A stretch of 64,000 bases of DNA. It comes from an uncultured delta proteobacterium. GTDB lineage: Bacteria > Myxococcota > UBA727 > VGSZ01. This document shows positions 27,509 through 35,948 of the stretch, piece after piece. Both the position numbers and the translations under genes were made by a program. Every line of letters starts with the position of its first letter. Positions within the stretch are counted from its first letter, which is position 1. The notes beneath the pieces were generated by a model. The model saw nothing but the letters and a program-made list of their open reading frames with translations, was not told the DNA's origin and made no database searches. Where the stretch lies: NCBI GenBank assembly GCA_963775425.1, contig CAVZJB010000005.1, forward strand, positions 672,001 to 736,000, written 5' to 3'.

Positions 27509-28378
27509 CTACGCGCCCATGGCGTGGAAGCCGGCGTCGACGTGGAGGCACTCGCCGGTGATGTTGCGGGCCAGGTCCGAGCACAAAAACACCGCCGCGT
27601 TGGCGACGTCCTCGGCGTCGATGGGCCGGCGCAGCGGCGAGCGCTTGCCGGTCTCCTCCGCCATGGTCTGGATGTCGCCCACGGCCTTGGCCGCGCGCGA
27701 CGCGTAGGGCCCCGCCGAGATGACGTTCACGCGGTGGCCCTCCTCGCCCACGAACCACGACAGCGTGCGCGCGTCGGACTCGAGCGCCGCCTTGGCCGAG
27801 GCCATGCCGCCGCCGTAGTAGGGAACCACGCGCTCGCCGGCGAGGTAGCTGAGGGCGATGAAGGCGCCGCCGCGCCCCTTCATGAGCGGGCCGAAGGCGC
27901 GGGCGAGGGCCACCAGCGAGTAGGAGGACACGCTCATGGCAGTCAGGTACGCGCCACGGCTCGTCTCGAGGTGCGTCTTGGCGATCTCGGGCGAGAACGC
28001 CACCGAGTGCACCACGACGTCGACGGCGGAGGTGAGCTCCTGCACCCTGGCGACGCAGCCGGCGATGGAGACGTCGCCGTCGTAGCCCTTGGTGGCGCGC
28101 TGCGCGGGGCTGATGTCCGCCTCGGTGTCGATGGAGACGTCGCAGGGCAGGATGGCCTTCGGCTTGAATTCGCCGGCCCCGAAGGGCAGCTTGCGGCTCT
28201 CCGCGTTCTGCGCGCGCGTCATGATGCGCTCGACGATGGAGAGCACGCGCGGATGGCAGCCGAGGATCACCTCGGCGCCCGCGGCCTGGAGCGCACAGGC
28301 GATGTGCCACGCGAACCCGACGTCGTCCGCGACACCGGTGACGAATGCGGTCTTGCCCTTGAAGTCGATGGGGATCAT
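27509..28378 (-). CDS. fabI: Enoyl-ACP reductase, plant/chlamydial-type FabI
   Basis: GVADDVGFAWHIA, SSYSL, LSYLA.ERVVPYYGGGMASAKAALESD, VNVISAGPYASRAAKAVG. Confidence 0.9.
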   Translation of the reverse strand: MIPIDFKGKTAFVTGVADDVGFAWHIACALQAAGAEVILGCHPRVLSIVERIMTRAQNAESRKLPFGAGEFKPKAILPCDVSIDTEADISPAQRATKGYDGDVSIAGCVARVQELTSAVDVVVHSVAFSPEIAKTHLETSRGAYLTAMSVSSYSLVALARAFGPLMKGRGGAFIALSYLAGERVVPYYGGGMASAKAALESDARTLSWFVGEEGHRVNVISAGPYASRAAKAVGDIQTMAEETGKRSPLRRPIDAEDVANAAVFLCSDLARNITGECLHVDAGFHAMGA

Positions 28379-28431
28379 GAACCGGGCGTTAAACTTGACG
28401 TCGTCGACGTACAAGGGGGAGCCTCCCGATC

Positions 28432-30312
28432 ATGTTCGCGGTTTCCCTGGTCTTCGCCCTCGCCCCCGCCGTCTCCGCGGGCGCCCCCGTGGTGGAGGCG
28501 GCGCCGAACATCTACGGCCAGACCGGTGTGGTGCGCACCACCAGCGCCGAGACGCGCGGAGACATGGCGTTCGCCCTCGGCGCCCAGGGCTTCGGCGCGT
28601 ACCAACACGACTTCATCGTGGGCGGCAAGGACGACGACAACGTCCTCCTCGGCGGAAACGTCTTCCTCTCGGGCGCCTTCTTCGACCTGCTCGAGGTCTC
28701 CGTGGCCTCGCGCGCGGGCAGCGACGCCAACTCCAAGCTCGCGCCGGCGCAGTTCTCCGTCGGTGACCTCTACCTGTCGCTCAAGGGCGGCTACCCCCTC
28801 GGCCCGGTCGCCGTCGGCGCCGACGTTCGCGCGCTCTTGCCCACGAGCATCGACAGCGCCGGCTTCGACTTCGGCAACTTCGGGGTCACCGCCCAGGGCC
28901 TCGTCACCGCCGACCTGCACCGCTCCATGGACATCCCGCTGCGCGCGCACCTGAACGCGGGCTTCGTCTACCAGCAGGGCAACCAGCGCGGCGGCACCAA
29001 CTTCTTCGAGGAAAACCCCAACTTCTACTCGGGCGTGCAGGGGCAGCTCACCGCGCTCGCCGCCGATCAGTGGTTCTACCATCAGGTCATCGCCGGCCTC
29101 TCCGTCGAGGCGCCGCTGCCGTACGCCACCCCGTTCCTCGAGACCTGGTACCAGACCGCCATCGAGGTGAACGACAACCGTGGCGCCAAGGGGAAGCCCT
29201 ACGACTTCCTGAACGACGCGCACCTCACGGTCACGCCGGGCGCGCGCTTCACCGTCGGCGGCGGCATCACCTTCGACGTCGCCGTCGACATCGGCCTCAC
29301 CGGCGGCGGCAAGGGCGGCACGGACGTGAACGAGCTGGTGTCGGGCCAGCCCATCAACCCGCTGTGGACCGCGCGCGCGGGCCTCACCTACACGTTCGAT
29401 CCCGTGCACGGCGGCGCCGTGGTCGCCGGCCCCGCGGGCGGCGGGTCGTCCTCGACGGGACAGGTGAAGGGCTGCGTCACCGACCAGCGCAACAACCCCA
29501 TCCCCGACGCCATCGTCACCGGCGACGCCCTCGCCGGCGCCCGCATCGCCACCGACCAGTCCGGCTGCTTCCTCACGCCGCCCGTGGCCACCGGCGACGT
29601 GCAGCTCACGGTGGAGAAGGAGGGCTTCGAGCACACGACGCTGTCGACGTCGGTCGGCCGGGGCGAGGTCGCCGAGGCCAACGCACAGCTCAAGGCCACC
29701 GAGGGCCCGCAGGTGGTTCGCTCGGGTGGGGTGGCGCGCATCGTCGGCTGGGTGACCAACAAGGACGACGAGACCATCGAGGCCGACCTCGAGCTGTGGG
29801 ACGGCACGGGCGTGAAGCCCGCCGGCAAGTCCGTGGGCGGCGCCTTCGACCTGCAGGCGCAGGCGGGCAGCGTCATCGTCGTGGCCAAGGCCGACGGGTA
29901 CCTCGCGCAGGGGGCCGCCGTCGTCGTCGACGCGGGCGGACACGGGCGCGCGAGCATCGTGTTGAAGAAGGCGGGCAAGTCCAAGAAGGCCGCGCTCTCC
30001 CACGACAAGATCACCGTCAAGGGCAAGGTGCCGTTCCAGTTCAAGAAGCCGCGGCTGCAGTCCACCTCGGAGTACGTCCTCGACGACGTCGTCGACGTGA
30101 TGCTCAGAAACCCGGCGCTCAAGGTGCGCATCGACGACTACGCGGAGCCCCTCGGCTCGCCCGAGGCGAGCCAGAAGCTCGCCGACGAGCGCGCCGCCGC
30201 CGTCGCCGACTACCTGATCCAGCACGGCGTGTGGCCGGCGCGGCTCTCCACCAAGGGCGTCGCCGCGGCGAGCGCGCGGAACCGCCGGGTGGACTTCGTG
30301 GTCCTACCCTGA
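28432..30312 (+). CDS. Outer-membrane beta-barrel + carboxypeptidase-regulatory-like domains + OmpA-like C-terminal domain
   Basis: Signal peptide; GQTGVVRT..A; amphipathic strands ending GLTYTF; GCVTD..PIPDA..TDQSG; ERAAAVADYL...RNRRVDF. Confidence 0.8.
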   Translation: MFAVSLVFALAPAVSAGAPVVEAAPNIYGQTGVVRTTSAETRGDMAFALGAQGFGAYQHDFIVGGKDDDNVLLGGNVFLSGAFFDLLEVSVASRAGSDANSKLAPAQFSVGDLYLSLKGGYPLGPVAVGADVRALLPTSIDSAGFDFGNFGVTAQGLVTADLHRSMDIPLRAHLNAGFVYQQGNQRGGTNFFEENPNFYSGVQGQLTALAADQWFYHQVIAGLSVEAPLPYATPFLETWYQTAIEVNDNRGAKGKPYDFLNDAHLTVTPGARFTVGGGITFDVAVDIGLTGGGKGGTDVNELVSGQPINPLWTARAGLTYTFDPVHGGAVVAGPAGGGSSSTGQVKGCVTDQRNNPIPDAIVTGDALAGARIATDQSGCFLTPPVATGDVQLTVEKEGFEHTTLSTSVGRGEVAEANAQLKATEGPQVVRSGGVARIVGWVTNKDDETIEADLELWDGTGVKPAGKSVGGAFDLQAQAGSVIVVAKADGYLAQGAAVVVDAGGHGRASIVLKKAGKSKKAALSHDKITVKGKVPFQFKKPRLQSTSEYVLDDVVDVMLRNPALKVRIDDYAEPLGSPEASQKLADERAAAVADYLIQHGVWPARLSTKGVAAASARNRRVDFVVLP

Positions 30313-30409
30313 CCCACAGCGGCGCCAGATCGCGCCCGGCGGCTCGTGCGTTCCCCGGGGATCAGGCGCCGCCGCCGTCTGCGTCGTAGTCTCAGCGCGA
30401 GAGGAGCCC

Positions 30410-32063
30410 ATGCCGCCGTCCCCAGAACGCACCGTGATGTTCCAGTTGCCGAGCGTCCTTTCCGGGACGGTCGCGTGCATCGCCGGCACCGTGGCGGGGC
30501 GGTCGTGGGATTCTGTCGGCGGGCACCTTCGTCATCGGGCGCGTCGAGGGCAGCGACCTGCACCTGCCGAGCGAGCCCGGCGTCTCCAAGACGCACGCGA
30601 AGATCGTCGCCGAGGGCGAGAGCTACGTCCTCGTCGATTGCGAAAGCAGGAACGGGACCATCGTCAACGGCGTGCCCGTGCAGCGGCAGGTGCTCGAGGA
30701 CGGCGACGAGATCCGCATCTGCGGCTGCGTGCTGCGCTTCGCGCAGCGGTCGGCGGCGGGCGCCGGCGGCACCAAGGTCCGCAACATCGATCAGCCGACC
30801 GACGACTCGAAGCGCACGCCGGGCGTCGACGGCGGCCACGACGCGCCGCCGCCACAGGACTCCGATCGTCCGCCGGCGGCGATGGATCTGTCGCCGCCGC
30901 CGCAGCAGCACCCGCCGCGCAACCGCGTGCTGGCCATGTGGTACGCGGGCGGCCTCGTCGGCTCGTTGCTGTTCGGCGGCGCGCTCGCGGCCGTGATGGT
31001 GCTGCGCGCGACGCCCGCCGACGCCGCCGTGGCCTCCGCCGCCGACGTCGCGGCCGGGGCCGCGCACGACGGCGCCGCGGCCAGGGGCGCGCATGCCGAC
31101 GGCGCCGCGGACAAGCCCGCGGCCGACGATGCGGCCCCCCCCGGCGCCGAGGGCGGGAAGGCCGGCGACGGGAAGGCCGGCGACGCCGCTGCCGCCGACG
31201 CCGCGGGTGACGACGCCAACGGTGACGACGCGAAGGCCGGCGACGCGGAGGCCGGCGACGCCAAGGACGGCGACGCGAAGGCCGGCGACGCGAAGGCCGG
31301 CGACGCGAAGGCCGGCGACGCGAAGGCCGGCGACGCCAACGTGGCCGCGGTGGCCGCGGCCGAGAAGGACGTGCCCAACGACGACGTGGACGCGGCGCCG
31401 GACGCCGCCGACAAGGCGCCCGAGCGCCACCACGCCCGCCGCCACAGCAGCCGCTCGTCGGCGTCGAGCGCGTCGTCGTCGTCGTCGTCGTCGGACGACG
31501 GGGACGGCCGCGCCTACGGCGCCACCGTCGACGGCGGCCACAGCGAGAGCCTGCGGACCAAGAGCGGTGGCCAGGTCAAGAGCGTCGAGGCCAAAAACGG
31601 TGACGACGTCAAGAAGGGCCAGGTGCTCGTCAGCTTCGACGCCGGCGACAACGCCAACGCCGTCGCCACGCTGCGCGATCGCATCGCGTCGCTCGAGGGC
31701 GTCGACGATGACGACGCGCGCCGCGACCTCGCCGCCGCCAAGGAGAAGCTCTCGGCGCTGCAAGGCAAGGCGGGCGGGCCCATCGTCGCGGGCATGTCCG
31801 GCAAGCTCACGGGCTTCACGGTGGCCGAGGGCGCGGTGCTCAAGCCCGGCGAGACCGTCGGGCGCATCGTCGAGGGTGAGGCCTCCAAGCGCGTGCGCGT
31901 CAGCGTTCCCCGCAGCGCACACGTCCGCCGCGGGCAGGACGCCACGCTGGTGCTGAAGCACGGCGGCGAAGGGGCGGGCAAGGTCGCGAGCGTCAGCGGG
32001 CACACCGTCATCGTCGACTGCGGCGATCTCGACGCCGACGAAGTCTCCGCCGTGAAATTCTGA
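30410..32063 (+). CDS. FHA domain - TM - low-complexity linker - biotinyl/lipoyl (membrane-fusion-protein-like) protein; one +1 frameshift near 30512
   Basis: ATG 30410 after GAGGAG; after the shift FVIGR...VSKTHA...SRNGT; TM WYAGGLVGSLLFGGALAAVMVL; SGGQVKSVEAKNGDDVKKGQVL, helical hairpin, AGMSGKLTG...GAVLKPGETV. Confidence 0.75.
31155..31334 (+). repeat. 15-bp coding tandem repeat GCGAAGGCCGGCGAC (AKAGD)
   Basis: 7 contiguous units at 31230-31334 (5 identical) plus 4 degenerate units upstream. Confidence 0.9.
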
Positions 32064-32187
32064 CGTCCAACGACGCGAACGCTGCCGCGCGCGCCGGGGA
32101 CGAGCGCCGCGACGTCGTCGCGCGCAGATCGGGCAGCGCGCGACCTCGTCGGACGCGCCGTGATACGATCGACGCACGAGGTCGGGC

Positions 32188-33549
32188 ATGGAGCTGAACG
32201 ACATCCTCACGGTGGCCATCAAGGGCGGTGCTTCGGACATCCACCTGAAGGCCGGGTTGCCTCCGATGTTCCGCATCGACGGCTCGTTGGTGCCGTTGAA
32301 GGACGCCAAGCGGCTCTCCCCCGAGGACATCGGCCGCATGGCGTTCTCCATCATGAACAACTTCCAGAAGGAGAAGTTCAAGGAGGACAACGAGATCGAT
32401 CTCGCCTACGGCGTCCCCGGCCTCGGCCGCTTCCGCGTGAACGTGTTCATGCAGCGCGGCACCGTGGGCATCGTCTTCCGCGTCATCCCGTTCAAGATCC
32501 TCACCATCGAGCAGCTCAACCTGCCCAAGGTGCTCGAGAAGATCGCCACCGACGAGCGCGGCCTCATCCTCGTCACCGGCACCACCGGCTCCGGCAAGTC
32601 CACCACGCTCGCGGCGCTCATCGACTACATCAACACCAACCGCACCGCGCACATCATCACGGTCGAGGACCCCATCGAGTTCCTCATCCGCGACAAGCGC
32701 TCCATCGTGAACCAGCGCGAGGTCGGCGTGGACACCAAGTCCTTCGCCCGCGCGCTCCGCAGTGCGCTGCGTGAGGATCCCGACGTCGTGCTCGTCGGCG
32801 AGATGCGCGATCTCGAGACCATCGAGATCGCCATGACCGCGGCCGAGACCGGCCACCTCGTGCTCTCCACGCTGCACACGCTCGACGCGCCCGAGACCAT
32901 CACGCGCATCGTGGCCGCGTTCCCGCCCTACCAGCAAAAGCAGGTGCGGCTGCAGCTCGGCTCCATCCTGAAGGCGGTGGTGTCGCAGCGCCTCGTGCCG
33001 CGCGCCGACGGCCGCGGCCGCGTCGCGGCCGTCGAGATCATGCGCGCCACCGCTCGCGTGAAGGAGCTCATCGAGGACAAGGACCGCACCAAGGAGCTGC
33101 ACGACGCCATCGCCCAGGGCGTGACGACGTACGGCATGCAGACCTTCGATCAATCCTTGATGCAGCTCCTCACCCACCAGCTCATCAGCTACGACGAGGC
33201 GCTGCGCCAGGCCACCAACGCCGACGACTTCGCGCTGCGCGTGAGCGGCGTCGGCGGCACCTCCGACAGCCAGTGGGACCAGTTCGACGCCAGCGCAGGC
33301 GGCATGCGCCCGGGCATGCGCGCCGGCCAGCAGCAGTTCACGCCGCAGTCGCAGCCGCAGGCGCCTGCGCCGCCGCAGCAGCGCGCGTCGACCAACCCGT
33401 TCCAGCAGCAGATCCCGTCGCGGCCGGGCGGCGCTCCCGTGCCGGCCCCGGCCGTCGCGCAGCCCGCGCCGGTGGCGCGGCCCGGGGCGCCGCAGCAGAC
33501 GCAGCAGCAGCCGAAGTCCGACGACGACTTCCAGATCGAGCGCTTCTGA
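32188..33549 (+). CDS. pilT: PilT/PilU-family retraction ATPase paralogue with Gln/Pro-rich C-terminal tail
   Basis: ASDIHL, RFRVN, GTTGSGKSTT, TVEDPIE, LREDPDVVLVGEMRD, TGHLVLSTLHT, GMQTFDQSL. Confidence 0.9.
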   Translation: MELNDILTVAIKGGASDIHLKAGLPPMFRIDGSLVPLKDAKRLSPEDIGRMAFSIMNNFQKEKFKEDNEIDLAYGVPGLGRFRVNVFMQRGTVGIVFRVIPFKILTIEQLNLPKVLEKIATDERGLILVTGTTGSGKSTTLAALIDYINTNRTAHIITVEDPIEFLIRDKRSIVNQREVGVDTKSFARALRSALREDPDVVLVGEMRDLETIEIAMTAAETGHLVLSTLHTLDAPETITRIVAAFPPYQQKQVRLQLGSILKAVVSQRLVPRADGRGRVAAVEIMRATARVKELIEDKDRTKELHDAIAQGVTTYGMQTFDQSLMQLLTHQLISYDEALRQATNADDFALRVSGVGGTSDSQWDQFDASAGGMRPGMRAGQQQFTPQSQPQAPAPPQQRASTNPFQQQIPSRPGGAPVPAPAVAQPAPVARPGAPQQTQQQPKSDDDFQIERF

Positions 33550-33580
33550 CGCCGGCGCGTGCCGCGGGCGGCGCCGGCGC
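33550..33580 (+). terminator. GC-rich hairpin after pilT paralogue (possible terminator)
   Basis: cgccggcgc...gcgccggcg inverted repeat; no U-tract. Confidence 0.35.
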
Positions 33581-33680
33581 CGACGAGCAACACGCTCGGT
33601 GGCTGTCCGATATGTCTGTGAGCGGGATCAAGGGGCGCGGGGCCCCCCGTCGTGGCACCATGGATCCTTCGGAGGTTCGG

Positions 33681-34250
33681 ATGAAGCGCGCGCTCTTGAC
33701 CCTCGCCGCCCTCGCGGCTCTCACCGGCTGCATGGTGGAGCGTCCCTACGTCTCGCCGCCGGACGGCAGCGACGGCCAGGACCCGATCGCGCCCGGCGCC
33801 ACCAACCTCAGCGCCACCGACGGCCGCGTCTTCGGCGACATCGGCGCCGTGCGCAACTTCGACGCGCCCGTCGATCAGGTCGACGCGTGGTTCAACCCCG
33901 ACTGGCAGTCCACGAGCATCACGCTGACCGCCAACGACCCCCAGGGGCGCATGGGCATGGTCATCCTCGACATCGACGGCGTGGACCTCCGCAACGTCCG
34001 TCCGGGCACGTACACGTACACCACGCAGAGCGTGGACGCGTCGCTCGACGGCGGGTACGTGAACGTCACGGGCTGCTCCAGCTCGGTCGACTCCTACTAC
34101 GACGAGCCCGGACAGCAGGGCACCATCACGGTGCAGGACACCAACGCCGGCCGCAAGATCACCGTGGACAGCGAGCTCCCCATGGTGGACGGCGACGGCG
34201 CCTTCACCACCAGCACCAGCGTCGCCCACGGCAGCTTCACCCTCGAATAA
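33681..34250 (+). CDS. Hypothetical lipoprotein (beta-rich)
   Basis: GGAGG RBS; MKRALLTLAALAALTG-C lipobox. Confidence 0.8.
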   Translation: MKRALLTLAALAALTGCMVERPYVSPPDGSDGQDPIAPGATNLSATDGRVFGDIGAVRNFDAPVDQVDAWFNPDWQSTSITLTANDPQGRMGMVILDIDGVDLRNVRPGTYTYTTQSVDASLDGGYVNVTGCSSSVDSYYDEPGQQGTITVQDTNAGRKITVDSELPMVDGDGAFTTSTSVAHGSFTLE

Positions 34251-34259
34251 TCTCCCCGG

Positions 34260-35933
34260 GTGCTGCCCGGCCCGCCTCTGTTCGGCGCCCACCCCTGTGC
34301 CCTCACCGGCACCGTGGTGGGCGGTCGCTATGAGATCCTCGGCTCGCTGGCGCGCGGCGGCATGGCCGAGGTCTTCCTCGCCAAGCAGACAGGCTTCGAC
34401 GGCTTCGAGAAGCTCGTCGCGGTGAAGACCATCGCCGGCCGGCACGCCGACGACGAGTACTTCGTGGCCATGTTCCTCGACGAGGCGCGCACGGCGGCGG
34501 ACCTGCGCCACCCGAACGTCGTGCAGACCTACGAGGTGGGCGTCGACGGCGACACGTACTTCATCGCCATGGAGTTCCTGCAGGGGCTGTCGCTCGCGCG
34601 CATCCAGCAGTCGCTCGACGAAAGCGGCAGAAGCGCGCCGCTCGACGTGGCGGTGCAGATCATCCGGGAGGCCGCGGCGGGCCTCCACCACGCGCACAAA
34701 AAGACCGACCTCCAGGGCAAGCCGCTCGGCATCGTGCACCGGGACGTGTCGCCGCAAAACGTGCTCGTCACCGTCGACGGCGTCACGAAGATCGTCGACT
34801 TCGGCATCGCGCTCGCCAACCAACGCTCCATCGTGACGTCGACGGGCGGGCTCAAGGGCAAGTACCCGTACATGTCCCCGGAGCAGGCGCGCGGCGAGAA
34901 CATCGACGCCCGCAGCGACCTGTTCGCGCTCGGCGTGATGCTGTGGGAGCTCACCGTCCGGCGCACGCTGTTTCGCCGCGACAACGAGATCCAGACGCTC
35001 GACGCCGTGCGCGGCTGCGAGGTGCCGAAGCCGTCGTCGCTGGTGGCGGACTATCCCCGCGTGCTCGAGGACGCCGTGCTCGCGCTCCTCGACAAGGACC
35101 CCGACGCGCGGCCGGCCGACGGCGCCCGCGTCGTCGCCATGCTCGAGCACGTGGAGCTTCAGCTCGGCTTCACGCCGCGCACGTCCAAGCTCGCGTCGTT
35201 CCTCGAGGATGCGTCGACGGAGCGCTCGCAGGACCCGCTCGCGCGGATGGCCAACGCGCCCACGGCCCTGGGCTCCGCGTCGCTGCGAAGCGGCCCCGCC
35301 GTGGCGGTGCGCCCGGCGACGTCGCCGAGCGCCACGCTCACGTTCGGCGCGTCGCCGAAGAAGAACCGACGCGGGCTGTTCGCCGCGGCGGCGCTCGGGG
35401 TGGCCGCGCTCGTCGTCGGCGTCGCCATCGCCGTGCCGGAGGGTCGCGCGCCGCAACCAGCCGACGCGGGCGTCGCGCGCGCGGGCGACGCCGGCGCGAT
35501 CGTGATGGCCGCCGCGCCTGCCGGCGTCGTCGACGCGGGCGCCGACCAGGGCACCGTCGCGGGCGCCAGCGGCGCGGGCGCCGGCGACGCGGCCGTCACG
35601 GACGCGGCCGGCATCGGGGCGGCCGTCGTCGACGCGGGGAGGAAGGCGCGGGGGCACGAGCACCACGCGAAGCACCGCGCCCCGGTGCCGCCGCGCGTCG
35701 TCGACGCGGGCACGGCGCCGGCGGGCTTCGGCGTCCTGCGCTTCACCGACGGCAACCCGTATTACGAGGTGCACCTCGACGGCAGAGACGTGGGCCCCAC
35801 GCCGCGCTTCATCAAGCACGTGCCCGCGGGGACGCACCGCGTGCAGCTCCTCGCCGCCGACACCGGCGCCGTCGTCCTCGACCGCAGCGTCGAGATCCAG
35901 GCCGACAGGACGCAGACCGTCTCGGCGCGCTGA
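34260..35933 (+). CDS. Membrane Hanks-type Ser/Thr protein kinase with periplasmic PEGA-like domain
   Basis: GGMAEV, VAVK, HRDVSPQN, DFG, YMSPEQ, DLFALG; TM; DAG-rich linker; LDGRDVGPTP...PAGTHRV. Confidence 0.92.
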   Translation: MLPGPPLFGAHPCALTGTVVGGRYEILGSLARGGMAEVFLAKQTGFDGFEKLVAVKTIAGRHADDEYFVAMFLDEARTAADLRHPNVVQTYEVGVDGDTYFIAMEFLQGLSLARIQQSLDESGRSAPLDVAVQIIREAAAGLHHAHKKTDLQGKPLGIVHRDVSPQNVLVTVDGVTKIVDFGIALANQRSIVTSTGGLKGKYPYMSPEQARGENIDARSDLFALGVMLWELTVRRTLFRRDNEIQTLDAVRGCEVPKPSSLVADYPRVLEDAVLALLDKDPDARPADGARVVAMLEHVELQLGFTPRTSKLASFLEDASTERSQDPLARMANAPTALGSASLRSGPAVAVRPATSPSATLTFGASPKKNRRGLFAAAALGVAALVVGVAIAVPEGRAPQPADAGVARAGDAGAIVMAAAPAGVVDAGADQGTVAGASGAGAGDAAVTDAAGIGAAVVDAGRKARGHEHHAKHRAPVPPRVVDAGTAPAGFGVLRFTDGNPYYEVHLDGRDVGPTPRFIKHVPAGTHRVQLLAADTGAVVLDRSVEIQADRTQTVSAR

Positions 35934-35948
35934 CGGCGCCCCACGACG

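Noticed and set aside
33652-33668. TGGCAC as a sigma54 promoter for the lipoprotein
   Set aside because: No GC at the -12 position (GG-N10-CC)
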